From Candidatus Cryptobacteroides sp. (GTDB lineage Bacteria; Bacteroidota; Bacteroidia; Bacteroidales; UBA932): 34,192 nucleotides of DNA. Location: NCBI GenBank assembly GCA_045111695.1, contig JBGUGW010000092.1, forward strand, positions 1-34,192, read 5' to 3'. How positions within the stretch are numbered: the stretch's first letter is position 1; each line of letters opens with the position of its first letter. The position numbers were made by a program, and so were the translations under genes. Of the stretch, positions 26,688-34,192 are shown one piece after another. The notes under the pieces are model-generated. The model was not told the DNA's origin, made no database searches, and saw nothing but the letters and a program-made list of their open reading frames with translations.

Positions 26688-28052
26688 ATGAAACAGAAAA
26701 AGTTCATGCTCCCGGAGTCCGAGATTCCGACCCATTACTTCAACATCCAGGCGATCATGCCGAACAAGCCCATGCCGTTCCTGCATCCCGCCACCAAGCA
26801 GCCGTTGAAGCCCGAGGACCTTTACCCCATCTTCTGCAAGGCCTGCGCCGATCAGGAGCTCAACCAGACGGACGAATGGATCCCGATCCCGGAAGCAGTG
26901 CGCGAGCAGTACGCAGCCTACCGTTGCACCCCGCTCGTGCGCGCCTATGAACTCGAGAAAGCCCTTGGCACTCCCGCTCACATCTATTTCAAGAATGAGA
27001 GCGTGTCTCCTGCAGGATCGCACAAGCTCAATTCCGCCATTGCCCAGGCCTATTACGCCAAGGAGCAGGGCATCACGAACCTCACCACCGAGACCGGAGC
27101 CGGCCAGTGGGGCGGTGCGCTCAGCTACGCCACCAAGAAGTTCGGCATCGACTGCGCTGTCTATATGGTCAAGGTGAGCTATGAGCAGAAACCTTACCGC
27201 CGCAGCATCATGCAGACCTTCGGTGCGGCCATCACTCCTTCCCCGTCCATGTCCACCCGTGCCGGTAAGGACATCCTCACTAGGAACCCTAACGACCGCG
27301 GATCCCTTGGCTGCGCCATCTCCGAGGCCATCGAGCTTGCGGTGACCACCCCTAACTGCAAGTATGCGCTGGGTTCCGTGCTGAACCACGTGTGTCTGCA
27401 TCAGACCGTCATCGGCCTCGAGGCCGAGAAGCAGATGGCCCTGACGGGCGAATATCCCGACATCGTCATCGCCTGCTTCGGAGGCGGCTCCAACTTCTGC
27501 GGTATCGCCCTCCCGTTCATGCGCCACAACATCCAGGAAGGCAGGAAGACCCGCTTCATCGCTGCAGAGCCTTATTCCTGCCCGAAGCTTACCCGCGGCA
27601 AGTTCGAGTATGACTTCGGCGACGAGGCCGGCATGACCCCGCTCCTTCCGATGTACACCCTCGGCCATACCTTCAAGCCTGCGTCCATCCATGCCGGAGG
27701 TCTTCGCTATCACGGAGCCGGCGTCATCCTCTCGCAGCTGATGAAGGACGGTTACATGGAGGCTGTCGATATCGAGCAGAAAGACTCCTTCGCCGCCGGC
27801 GTGCTCTTCGCACAGACCGAAGGCATCATCCCCGCTCCGGAGTCCTGCCACGCCATCGCCGCCACCATTACCGAGGCTCTCAAGTGCAAGGAGACCGGCG
27901 AGGCCAAGACCATCCTCTTCAACCTCTCTGGTCACGGATTCGTGGACATGGCTGCCTACGACAGCTATTTCTCAGGAGAAATGCAGAACTACCACGTCTC
28001 GGACGAGGAGCTCGCAGGGTTCATGAAGAGCGCCGACGCGCTGAACCAGTAG
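26688..28052 (+). CDS. trpB2: TrpB2 (stand-alone tryptophan synthase beta-like PLP enzyme)
   Basis: 454 aa with YFKNESVSPAGSHKLNSA (PLP Lys), TTETGAGQWG, GSLGCAISEA, GGGSNF, HAGGLRYHG, APESCHA and FNLSGHG; no trpA nearby. Confidence 0.92.
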   Translation: MKQKKFMLPESEIPTHYFNIQAIMPNKPMPFLHPATKQPLKPEDLYPIFCKACADQELNQTDEWIPIPEAVREQYAAYRCTPLVRAYELEKALGTPAHIYFKNESVSPAGSHKLNSAIAQAYYAKEQGITNLTTETGAGQWGGALSYATKKFGIDCAVYMVKVSYEQKPYRRSIMQTFGAAITPSPSMSTRAGKDILTRNPNDRGSLGCAISEAIELAVTTPNCKYALGSVLNHVCLHQTVIGLEAEKQMALTGEYPDIVIACFGGGSNFCGIALPFMRHNIQEGRKTRFIAAEPYSCPKLTRGKFEYDFGDEAGMTPLLPMYTLGHTFKPASIHAGGLRYHGAGVILSQLMKDGYMEAVDIEQKDSFAAGVLFAQTEGIIPAPESCHAIAATITEALKCKETGEAKTILFNLSGHGFVDMAAYDSYFSGEMQNYHVSDEELAGFMKSADALNQ

Positions 28053-29493
28053 GGGAGGTGATGAACAGCAGCAGCATGGTGATGGCGGCGTTGACCAGAA
28101 GGTTCTCGAAGCCCATCTGGTAGCCGCCGAACCAGCGCTCGCTGTTCATTGCAAGGACATAAGTCAGTAGCGGCGAAACGCCGCAAATGAAAGGAACGAT
28201 CGTGTCGCGGACATTTCTCCGCGACACGATTCCGTATATGAACAGGCCAAGAAGCGGCCCGTAGGTATATCCGGCTATGGTATATACGGCGTTGATGACG
28301 CTCTGGCTGCCTATCCAGCGGAATGCGCAGATGATCAGGCCCATGACCACTGCGTTGACGATGTGCGTGCGGAAGCGGACACTGTCCAGCTTCCGCCCCC
28401 CGTCGCGGCGGTCGGCCTTGAAGATGTCGAGCGTCATGGACGAAGTGAGGGCGGTAAGCGCCGAGCCGCTGCTGCTGAAGCCCGCCGCGACGAGTCCCAG
28501 GACGAACAGCACACCGACCACCGGGGGCATGTACTGCGTGGCGATGGTGGGGAAGAGATTGTCCGCCACGGGAATGTCGAGTTGCATCGAGGCCTTCATC
28601 ATGTAAAGGAGTACACCCAGGGCAAGGAAAAGCAGGTTCACGGGCAGGAACGCCACTCCATAGGAGAGGACGTTCTTGCGTGCTTCGCGCAGGTTTTTGC
28701 AGGACAGGTTCTTCTGCATCATGTCCTGGTCAAGGCCGGTCATCGCCACTGTGGTGAAGAGGCCCGCGAGGAACTGTTTCCAGAAGAAACGCTTGTCGTT
28801 GAGGTCGTCGAAGAACCAGGTGCGCGACATCGGGCTCTCCTTGATGGCAGCGCACATGCTCCCGAAATTGAATCCCATCTGTTTGGCTATCAGCCATATG
28901 CAAAGTATCACCGTGCCCACCATCGCGAGCGTCTGGAGCATGTCCGCCCAGACCAGCGTCTTCACGCCTCCGCGGAAAGTGTAACCCCAGACGATAAGCA
29001 TCGTCACGGCTACATTCGCCCAGAAGGGCACTCCCAGCGAGTCGAAGAGGATTAGCTGGAGGATGGAAGCGGTCAGGTACATCCTTACTCCGCAGCCGAG
29101 GTATTTCGACACGAGGAAAAGGGCCGATCCGGTCAGGCGGCTGCGCCCGCCGAAACGTTTTTCCAGGTAACCGTATATGCTGGTCATGTCCAGCCGGTAG
29201 TACAGCGGCAGCAGCACGTATGCTATGACGACATAGCCCGCGATGAAGCCCAGCACCATCTGGATGTACGAGAACAGCGAGGCTTCGACCATTCCCGGCA
29301 CCGACACGAATGTCACGCCGGAAATGGAGGTCCCGACCATCGAGATGGCGACTATCCACCAGGGCGACTTGCGGCCCCCGTCGAAAAAGTCTTTTCCTCG
29401 CGCCTGCTTCCTCCGGCCAGCTGTGACGGCGCTGACGAGGAAGAGCGCGAGGAAGTAACAGAGGATGACCGCCAGTACCGCCCCGGTTTTCAT
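28021..29493 (-). CDS. Sodium:solute symporter (SSS) family transporter
   Basis: ATG 29493; FFDGGRKSPWW...SMVGTSISGVTFVSVPG, SIYGYLEKRFG, GGVKTLVWAD and GLDQDMMQK; many TM helices. Confidence 0.92.
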   Translation of the reverse strand: MKTGAVLAVILCYFLALFLVSAVTAGRRKQARGKDFFDGGRKSPWWIVAISMVGTSISGVTFVSVPGMVEASLFSYIQMVLGFIAGYVVIAYVLLPLYYRLDMTSIYGYLEKRFGGRSRLTGSALFLVSKYLGCGVRMYLTASILQLILFDSLGVPFWANVAVTMLIVWGYTFRGGVKTLVWADMLQTLAMVGTVILCIWLIAKQMGFNFGSMCAAIKESPMSRTWFFDDLNDKRFFWKQFLAGLFTTVAMTGLDQDMMQKNLSCKNLREARKNVLSYGVAFLPVNLLFLALGVLLYMMKASMQLDIPVADNLFPTIATQYMPPVVGVLFVLGLVAAGFSSSGSALTALTSSMTLDIFKADRRDGGRKLDSVRFRTHIVNAVVMGLIICAFRWIGSQSVINAVYTIAGYTYGPLLGLFIYGIVSRRNVRDTIVPFICGVSPLLTYVLAMNSERWFGGYQMGFENLLVNAAITMLLLFITSPTGSARRRSS

Positions 29494-29497
29494 GGAC

Positions 29498-30289
29498 TTA
29501 TTCTTTGACCGGGAGTAGGGAGGAATACCCTCCGTCGTGGTAGAGGTTCTGCATCGTGACCTTGCGGGTAAGGTCGGAGAAAAGCGAGATGACATAGCCG
29601 GCGCAGTCTTCCGCCGTGGCGTTGCCGAGCGGGGAGATGCGGTCGGCGTATCCGACCATCTCGGTCATGCCGTCGATGCCCTGTCCGGCCGTAGTCATGG
29701 TCGGGGACTGGGAGACGGTGTTGATGCGGACATGCTTCTCACTGCCGTAGAGCAGGCCGAAATTGCGGGTGATGGACTGGAGCATCGCCTTTGCGTCGGC
29801 CATGTCGTTGTAACCGGGCATGGCGCGGTCGGCGGCGATGTAGCTCAGGGCCACCACGGAGCCCCATTCGTTCAGCGCGTCCTTCTTGTACAGCGTCTGG
29901 AGGAGCTTGTGGAATGACAGGGCGGAGATGTCCACGGTCTTCTGGAAGAAGTCATAGTTCACGTCCGTGTAAGGCCGGCCCTTGCGGATGTTGGGAGACA
30001 TGGCGACCGCGTGGAGGACGAAGTCGAACTTCCCTCCGAAATGCTCCATGGCTCCGTCCACCAGGGCTTCGAGGTCCGCCACGGAAGTGGCGTCCGCGGG
30101 AATCACGACGGTGCCGCACTGCTCCGCGAGACGGTTTATCTTGCCCAGGCGGATGGAAACGGGCGTGTTTGTCAGAACGATCTCCGCGCCTTCGGCGACG
30201 GTAAGTTCCGCCACCTTCCAGGCGATGGACTTGTCGTTCAATGCGCCGAATATCAGACCTTTGCGGCCTTTCAAAAGTTGGTATGCCAT
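29498..30289 (-). CDS. fabI: Enoyl-ACP reductase (NADH)
   Basis: GLIFGALNDKSIAW, catalytic Y-x6-K (YNDMADAK), RINTVSQSP and QNLYHDGG. Confidence 0.9.
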   Translation of the reverse strand: MAYQLLKGRKGLIFGALNDKSIAWKVAELTVAEGAEIVLTNTPVSIRLGKINRLAEQCGTVVIPADATSVADLEALVDGAMEHFGGKFDFVLHAVAMSPNIRKGRPYTDVNYDFFQKTVDISALSFHKLLQTLYKKDALNEWGSVVALSYIAADRAMPGYNDMADAKAMLQSITRNFGLLYGSEKHVRINTVSQSPTMTTAGQGIDGMTEMVGYADRISPLGNATAEDCAGYVISLFSDLTRKVTMQNLYHDGGYSSLLPVKE

Positions 30290-30292
30290 ATC

Positions 30293-30712
30293 TTATTCCT
30301 TATTTACAAGATAGAATGACAGGTCGCCCTTGCAGGCGAGCTGCCTCTCGACGGTGGCTACGGCCTCGACGACGATGACGGTGCTGCGCTTGACCTTGAG
30401 GCTTGCGTTCACCACTACGGTGTCGCCGGGCTTGACCACCCGCTTGAAGCGGATCTTGTCGAGCCCTGCGTACAGGGCGAGCTTGCCGTCGAGCTCGTCC
30501 TTCATCAGAAGGATGCTCGACTGGGCCATGATCTCGCAGAGGATCACTCCCGGGACAATGGGATTGCCCGGGAAGTGACCGTTTACGAATTCTTCCTTGC
30601 CCGTGACGGTGTATTCGGAGACCACATGGTTCTCCTCGACCAATTCGGACTTGTCCACCAGGAGCATAGGCTCGCGGTGGGGCATATATTGTTTAAGTTC
30701 TTCTCTTAACAT
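30293..30712 (-). CDS. fabZ: 3-hydroxyacyl-ACP dehydratase (stand-alone)
   Basis: PHREPMLLVD, GHFPGNPIVPGVILCEIMAQ (His/Glu dyad) and RFKRVVKPGD. Confidence 0.9.
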   Translation of the reverse strand: MLREELKQYMPHREPMLLVDKSELVEENHVVSEYTVTGKEEFVNGHFPGNPIVPGVILCEIMAQSSILLMKDELDGKLALYAGLDKIRFKRVVKPGDTVVVNASLKVKRSTVIVVEAVATVERQLACKGDLSFYLVNKE

Positions 30713-30732
30713 CCTTGAGACCGGTTGAGACG

Positions 30733-30740
30733 CAAAGATA
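30733..30740 (-). promoter_or_regulatory. -7 promoter element for fabZ-fabI-SSS
   Basis: Minus strand TATCTTTG(C), 20 nt before the fabZ ATG. Confidence 0.55.
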
Positions 30741-30754
30741 ATAAATAATTGAAA

Positions 30755-32407
30755 CTACCTGTACATGAACCTGCGGATGCTGCCCTTGGGAGTTTTGGCG
30801 AAAGGCTCGAAACGGAGCTCATAGTCGTTCACCGCGGAATAGGAGGGGAGCTTGCCGTTCAGGGCCACGATGTTCTGGCGCATGACAGCGTCGAGGCCGT
30901 CAGAGCCGAGACCGGCCTTGTCGAGGGCGTCCATGTTGGGTACGACAAGGGCTACGATGCGATGCTCGCGCTGCAGAACTATGGATTCTGCGACATAAGG
31001 GAGCTCGTTGAGCACCACCTCGACCTCCTCGGGATAGACATTCTGTCCGTTTTCGGTCAGGATCATGTTCTTGGACCTTCCGAGCAGGAAGACGTTGTTG
31101 TCCTTGTCCACCGTACCGATGTCTCCGGTATGGAACCAACCGTCTTTCAGCACTTCGGCCGTGGCTTCGGGATTCTTGTAGTAGCCTTTGAAGACTACGT
31201 CCCCCTTGACCAGGAGTTCTCCGGCGACATTCTCAGGGTCGGGAGAGTCGATACGGACTTCCATTACCTCGGGGATGTATTCTCCGCAGGATTTGGGTAT
31301 GTATTTGCCAAGCTTTCCGTAGGAAACGATGGGGGCAAGTTCAGTCAGGCCGTAGCCGGTGATGAACGGAACCTTGAGCTTGTATACGAACAGGGATTCC
31401 ACCTCGGAGGGGATGGCCGATCCGCCGGTGGCGAACACTTCGATATTGCCTCCCATCGAAGCCATGAGCTTGTCGCGGAGCATCTTGCAGAACTCCGGAT
31501 GATTTTTGTAATCCGCCAGTTTGGCCTTGCCTTCGGGTGTGTTGATATCGGCTCCGAGGACGTATTCGGAGAATTTGACGAAGATCAGGGGAACACCGTA
31601 GAAGATACGGGGCTTGACCTCCATGAGCGCGTCCTTGACGTTCATCGGGATGGGCGGAATACCCAGCACAGTGACGTGCATTCCCTGGGTAAGGGGGATG
31701 ACCACGTCGCACATCAGACCGAAGCTGTGGGCGTGCGGCAGCAGGCTTAGGTAGTTCTCTCCCTTGTGGAAGGGAAATCCCGGGGTGATGGCCTGGACGT
31801 TGGCGGTGTCGTTGCGGTAGGTCAGCATCACGCCCTTGGGGTTGCCGGTGGAACCGGAAGTATAGAGGATAGCGCAGACATCGTCGAGATCGACGTCGGC
31901 GACGCGGAAGTCGGACGGTTTCATCCCTTCGGGATAACGTTCCGCGAGGAGGTTTGCGCCTTCCCTGTATATCTCGCCCACGCCTTCGCGGCTGGCGAGG
32001 ATCTCGCCGGTGGCACAGTCGAGGACGCACAGGACCTGCGGCATCTGCTCGAAGTCCATGGCATCGAAGGTCCTTTTTTCGGTATAGAGGATCTTGCTGT
32101 CGGAATGGTTGACTAGCCTCTGCGTGTCCGCAGGAGTGAATGCGTTATAAAGTTCGACGGCTATATAGCCCTTGCAGACGGCTGCGTAATAGAGGGAGGC
32201 GCCCAGGGCGCAGGGGCGGGCGTTGATGGCGACCTTGTCGCCGCGCTTCAGCCCCGCCTTTTTCCAGACAAGGTCCAGGGTGTCGATGCGTTCTGCCAGT
32301 TCACGGTAGGTGATGGTGGATTTGCGGAAGTCGGACAATGCGGGATTATCCCAGTTGTCGCGGACCGCACCTTCGAAAATCTTGATGAAATTGTCAATTC
32401 TGATCAT
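30755..32407 (-). CDS. Long-chain fatty acyl-CoA synthetase (AMP-binding)
   Basis: YTSGSTGNPKG, GYGLTE, GWFHTGD, GRSKNMI and NVYPEEVE. Start placed at ATG 32407 because a TAACTTTG -7 element (minus strand, 32439-32432) lies inside the longer ORF extension. Confidence 0.9.
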   Translation of the reverse strand: MIRIDNFIKIFEGAVRDNWDNPALSDFRKSTITYRELAERIDTLDLVWKKAGLKRGDKVAINARPCALGASLYYAAVCKGYIAVELYNAFTPADTQRLVNHSDSKILYTEKRTFDAMDFEQMPQVLCVLDCATGEILASREGVGEIYREGANLLAERYPEGMKPSDFRVADVDLDDVCAILYTSGSTGNPKGVMLTYRNDTANVQAITPGFPFHKGENYLSLLPHAHSFGLMCDVVIPLTQGMHVTVLGIPPIPMNVKDALMEVKPRIFYGVPLIFVKFSEYVLGADINTPEGKAKLADYKNHPEFCKMLRDKLMASMGGNIEVFATGGSAIPSEVESLFVYKLKVPFITGYGLTELAPIVSYGKLGKYIPKSCGEYIPEVMEVRIDSPDPENVAGELLVKGDVVFKGYYKNPEATAEVLKDGWFHTGDIGTVDKDNNVFLLGRSKNMILTENGQNVYPEEVEVVLNELPYVAESIVLQREHRIVALVVPNMDALDKAGLGSDGLDAVMRQNIVALNGKLPSYSAVNDYELRFEPFAKTPKGSIRRFMYR

Positions 32408-32629
32408 TTCCGGTGGTTTTGGTTTCTCGGGCAAAGTTACTGAGTAAAACACCCCCGGAACATCCATATATTCAAGTTCGGGTGGAATCGCCGGATACTT
32501 GGTGAATCCTGCGGTTTTGTGGCTTTATTGCGTGTGGAGTGGCCACTTTTATGGGCTATAATTGAAAAATCGGAAAGATTTTGTAGTTTTGGAAACTTTT
32601 ATTGTATGAATCGGTGCGCTTATGCAGTG

Positions 32630-33097
32630 TCATTTTTGCTCCTTGCACCACCGGCGAGGCGATACGCCGGTCATTTCCGTGAATTTCTTGACGAGCTGGG
32701 TGTCGCTTACGAATCCCGTCCTGGCGGCTATGGAACCCAGCCGCTCTTCCGGGTGCAGCCTGATCTCCCTTTTGACGGCCTCAATCCTCAGCCCATTGAC
32801 ATAGCTCCTGAAGGTCGTTCCCTTGACATCCCTGATTACAGCCGACAGGTAAGTCCTGTTGGTATTGAGCGCTGATGCTGCGCTTTCAAGCGAAAGATGC
32901 GGGTCGAGGAACGCTTCCCCTTCCTCCATGTATGCCGTCAGGCGCCCTCCGAGTTCCTCCAAGGTGCTTTTGTCATCGTCTTCAGTATTGTTACCTATCG
33001 CGACTTGCTGCCGTCCGTATTTGGCCCCGAGTACCAGGGCGATACTGGCGAGAGTCGCGAGGACTATCCCAAGGAGCAGTATGAAGGCGTCGAACAT
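32630..33097 (-). CDS. Membrane-anchored AraC-type HTH protein
   Basis: One N-terminal hydrophobic helix, then FLDPHLSL...LNTNRTYLS...FRSYVNGLRIE...IAARTGFVS...FTEMTGVSP. Confidence 0.82.
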   Translation of the reverse strand: MFDAFILLLGIVLATLASIALVLGAKYGRQQVAIGNNTEDDDKSTLEELGGRLTAYMEEGEAFLDPHLSLESAASALNTNRTYLSAVIRDVKGTTFRSYVNGLRIEAVKREIRLHPEERLGSIAARTGFVSDTQLVKKFTEMTGVSPRRWCKEQK

Positions 33098-33175
33098 TGC
33101 AGGAGGCGTATTATTGCTGAAAAGTAGTCATTTTTTTTGGATTTAATTATATTTGTAATGAGTGATAGTCCGGAT

Positions 33176-34042
33176 ATGAAGAAATTTAGTTTTAAGAGAA
33201 TAGGCATCATCGCCCTGGCCGTCGTCATCTTCCTGCTCGCCCTCAGGTTCATTTTCTACCGTGAGACGCTCTGGATAGGACTTGCCCTGCTGCTCATAGG
33301 CCTTATAGGCTTTCTCGTATGGAAGGCGTTCGTCAAGAATGGCCGCGAGGACCTGCGCCGTTCGGAGCGCAAGGGGAAGGAACTTGAAGAGGAGGTTACA
33401 AACCTCCGGAAACAGATAGCGGGACTGTACAGGGAGCTCGAGGAAAAGGGCCGTTCGCCGCTCAATGTCGTCGAGCTGTCCCCCATATTACATCTGGCTG
33501 TGATGAACATCGACTCTTCCTTCGTCCGCACTTATATCCGTGAGGACGAGGATGCCGGCCTGACCTTCAACGGGGCTCTCAGGGCCGACATCTGCGCCGA
33601 GTACGGCATCAAGCTGGAGGAAGTGGGATTCCGTTACGATGCCGTGAACAATACGCTTTATCTTGCCGACTTCCGTCCCGGGTTGATTTCCTTCTCGAAG
33701 AAGCAGCTGAGCTGGGAGATCGCCAACAGTTTTGCATCCCGTTCCATACTGGGCAGGAATTTCGTCTCCGCGAGCAATCCTGCCGCCAAGGCTTATACCG
33801 CGAAGATGTGCAAGGAACTGCGGGACGATCTGGAGAAAGAGATTGACGACCGGAAGATTGCCGAGTTCGAATGGCTCTCGCCGATGATCTCGCAGCAGGT
33901 GACTGACATGCTGAAGATGCTTGTCGGCCGGCCCGGACTGAGCATCGTCACCATGGAGGGACGCCCGGAGGGTGACTATCTCTCCTTCCCCGAGTTCCGC
34001 AAGCAGATAGCTGCACAGGTCCCGCAACAGATTGAAAGCTAA
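33176..34042 (+). CDS. Hypothetical membrane protein (2 TM helices, coiled coil, soluble domain; weakly DUF4230-like)
   Basis: Long ORF with normal codon usage. A TATATTTG element at 33148-33155 favours ATG 33176 (MKKFSF). The family guess is weak. Confidence 0.7.
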   Translation: MKKFSFKRIGIIALAVVIFLLALRFIFYRETLWIGLALLLIGLIGFLVWKAFVKNGREDLRRSERKGKELEEEVTNLRKQIAGLYRELEEKGRSPLNVVELSPILHLAVMNIDSSFVRTYIREDEDAGLTFNGALRADICAEYGIKLEEVGFRYDAVNNTLYLADFRPGLISFSKKQLSWEIANSFASRSILGRNFVSASNPAAKAYTAKMCKELRDDLEKEIDDRKIAEFEWLSPMISQQVTDMLKMLVGRPGLSIVTMEGRPEGDYLSFPEFRKQIAAQVPQQIES

Positions 34043-34054
34043 CTCTTTTCAAAT

Positions 34055-34192
34055 ATGACTAAAACTATAGCCGCTATTGTCCTGACGGCCGTGCTGGCCG
34101 TCGTCCAGTTCCCTTCCGTGGCTCGTACCGTAAATTCCACGCGTGTGGACGACGGCGGAAGGGGGCCGTACAAGGCCGTCATCGTCGAAGAC
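34055..34192 (+). CDS. Exported protein, 5' part only (possibly a secreted alpha/beta hydrolase)
   Basis: Frame open to the window edge: MTKTIAAIVLTAVLAVVQFPSVARTVNSTRVDDGGRGPYKAVIVED, a signal peptide followed by a GGxGPYKA motif. Confidence 0.55.
   Translation, partial: MTKTIAAIVLTAVLAVVQFPSVARTVNSTRVDDGGRGPYKAVIVED

Noticed and set aside
33131-33138. T8 tract in a promoter spacer as a phase-variation site
   Set aside because: Too short and typical of AT-rich Bacteroidales intergenic DNA; no evidence of length variation.

Overview
High-GC Bacteroidales-type chromosomal region. The assignment rests on TAnnTTTG/-33 TTG promoters, A-rich start contexts without Shine-Dalgarno motifs, a type III glutamine synthetase and a BlaI + M56-TonB pair. 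From 1 to 14.5 kb on the minus strand lies a tightly packed nitrogen-assimilation operon: glnB(P-II)-amtB-outer-membrane protein-asnB-glnA(GSIII)-gltB-gltD-dapF-dapL-purF (partial). Upstream are a fused carA-carB gene and pyrG. The right half carries DUF2130 plus an M15 peptidase, an HUH/Y1 transposase-like (RAYT-like) gene between two REP-like palindromes, blaI plus M56-TonB, trpB2, a sodium:solute symporter, fabI, fabZ, an acyl-CoA synthetase, a membrane-anchored AraC protein and two further genes. The main finding is an unannotated 38-aa Gln/Asn-rich leader peptide (MINIFTITANFKQQQLGSENSQNSQNNNAVSCLAGRIR, 14598-14714). It has its own promoter, an antiterminator segment and an intrinsic terminator directly ahead of the nitrogen operon, making it a candidate ribosome-mediated attenuator that senses Gln/Asn. 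A classical Trp-Trp attenuator sits ahead of trpB2, and a terminator-like hairpin lies in the carAB-pyrG 5' UTR. All hairpins and alignments were made by eye; no folding or database search was run.
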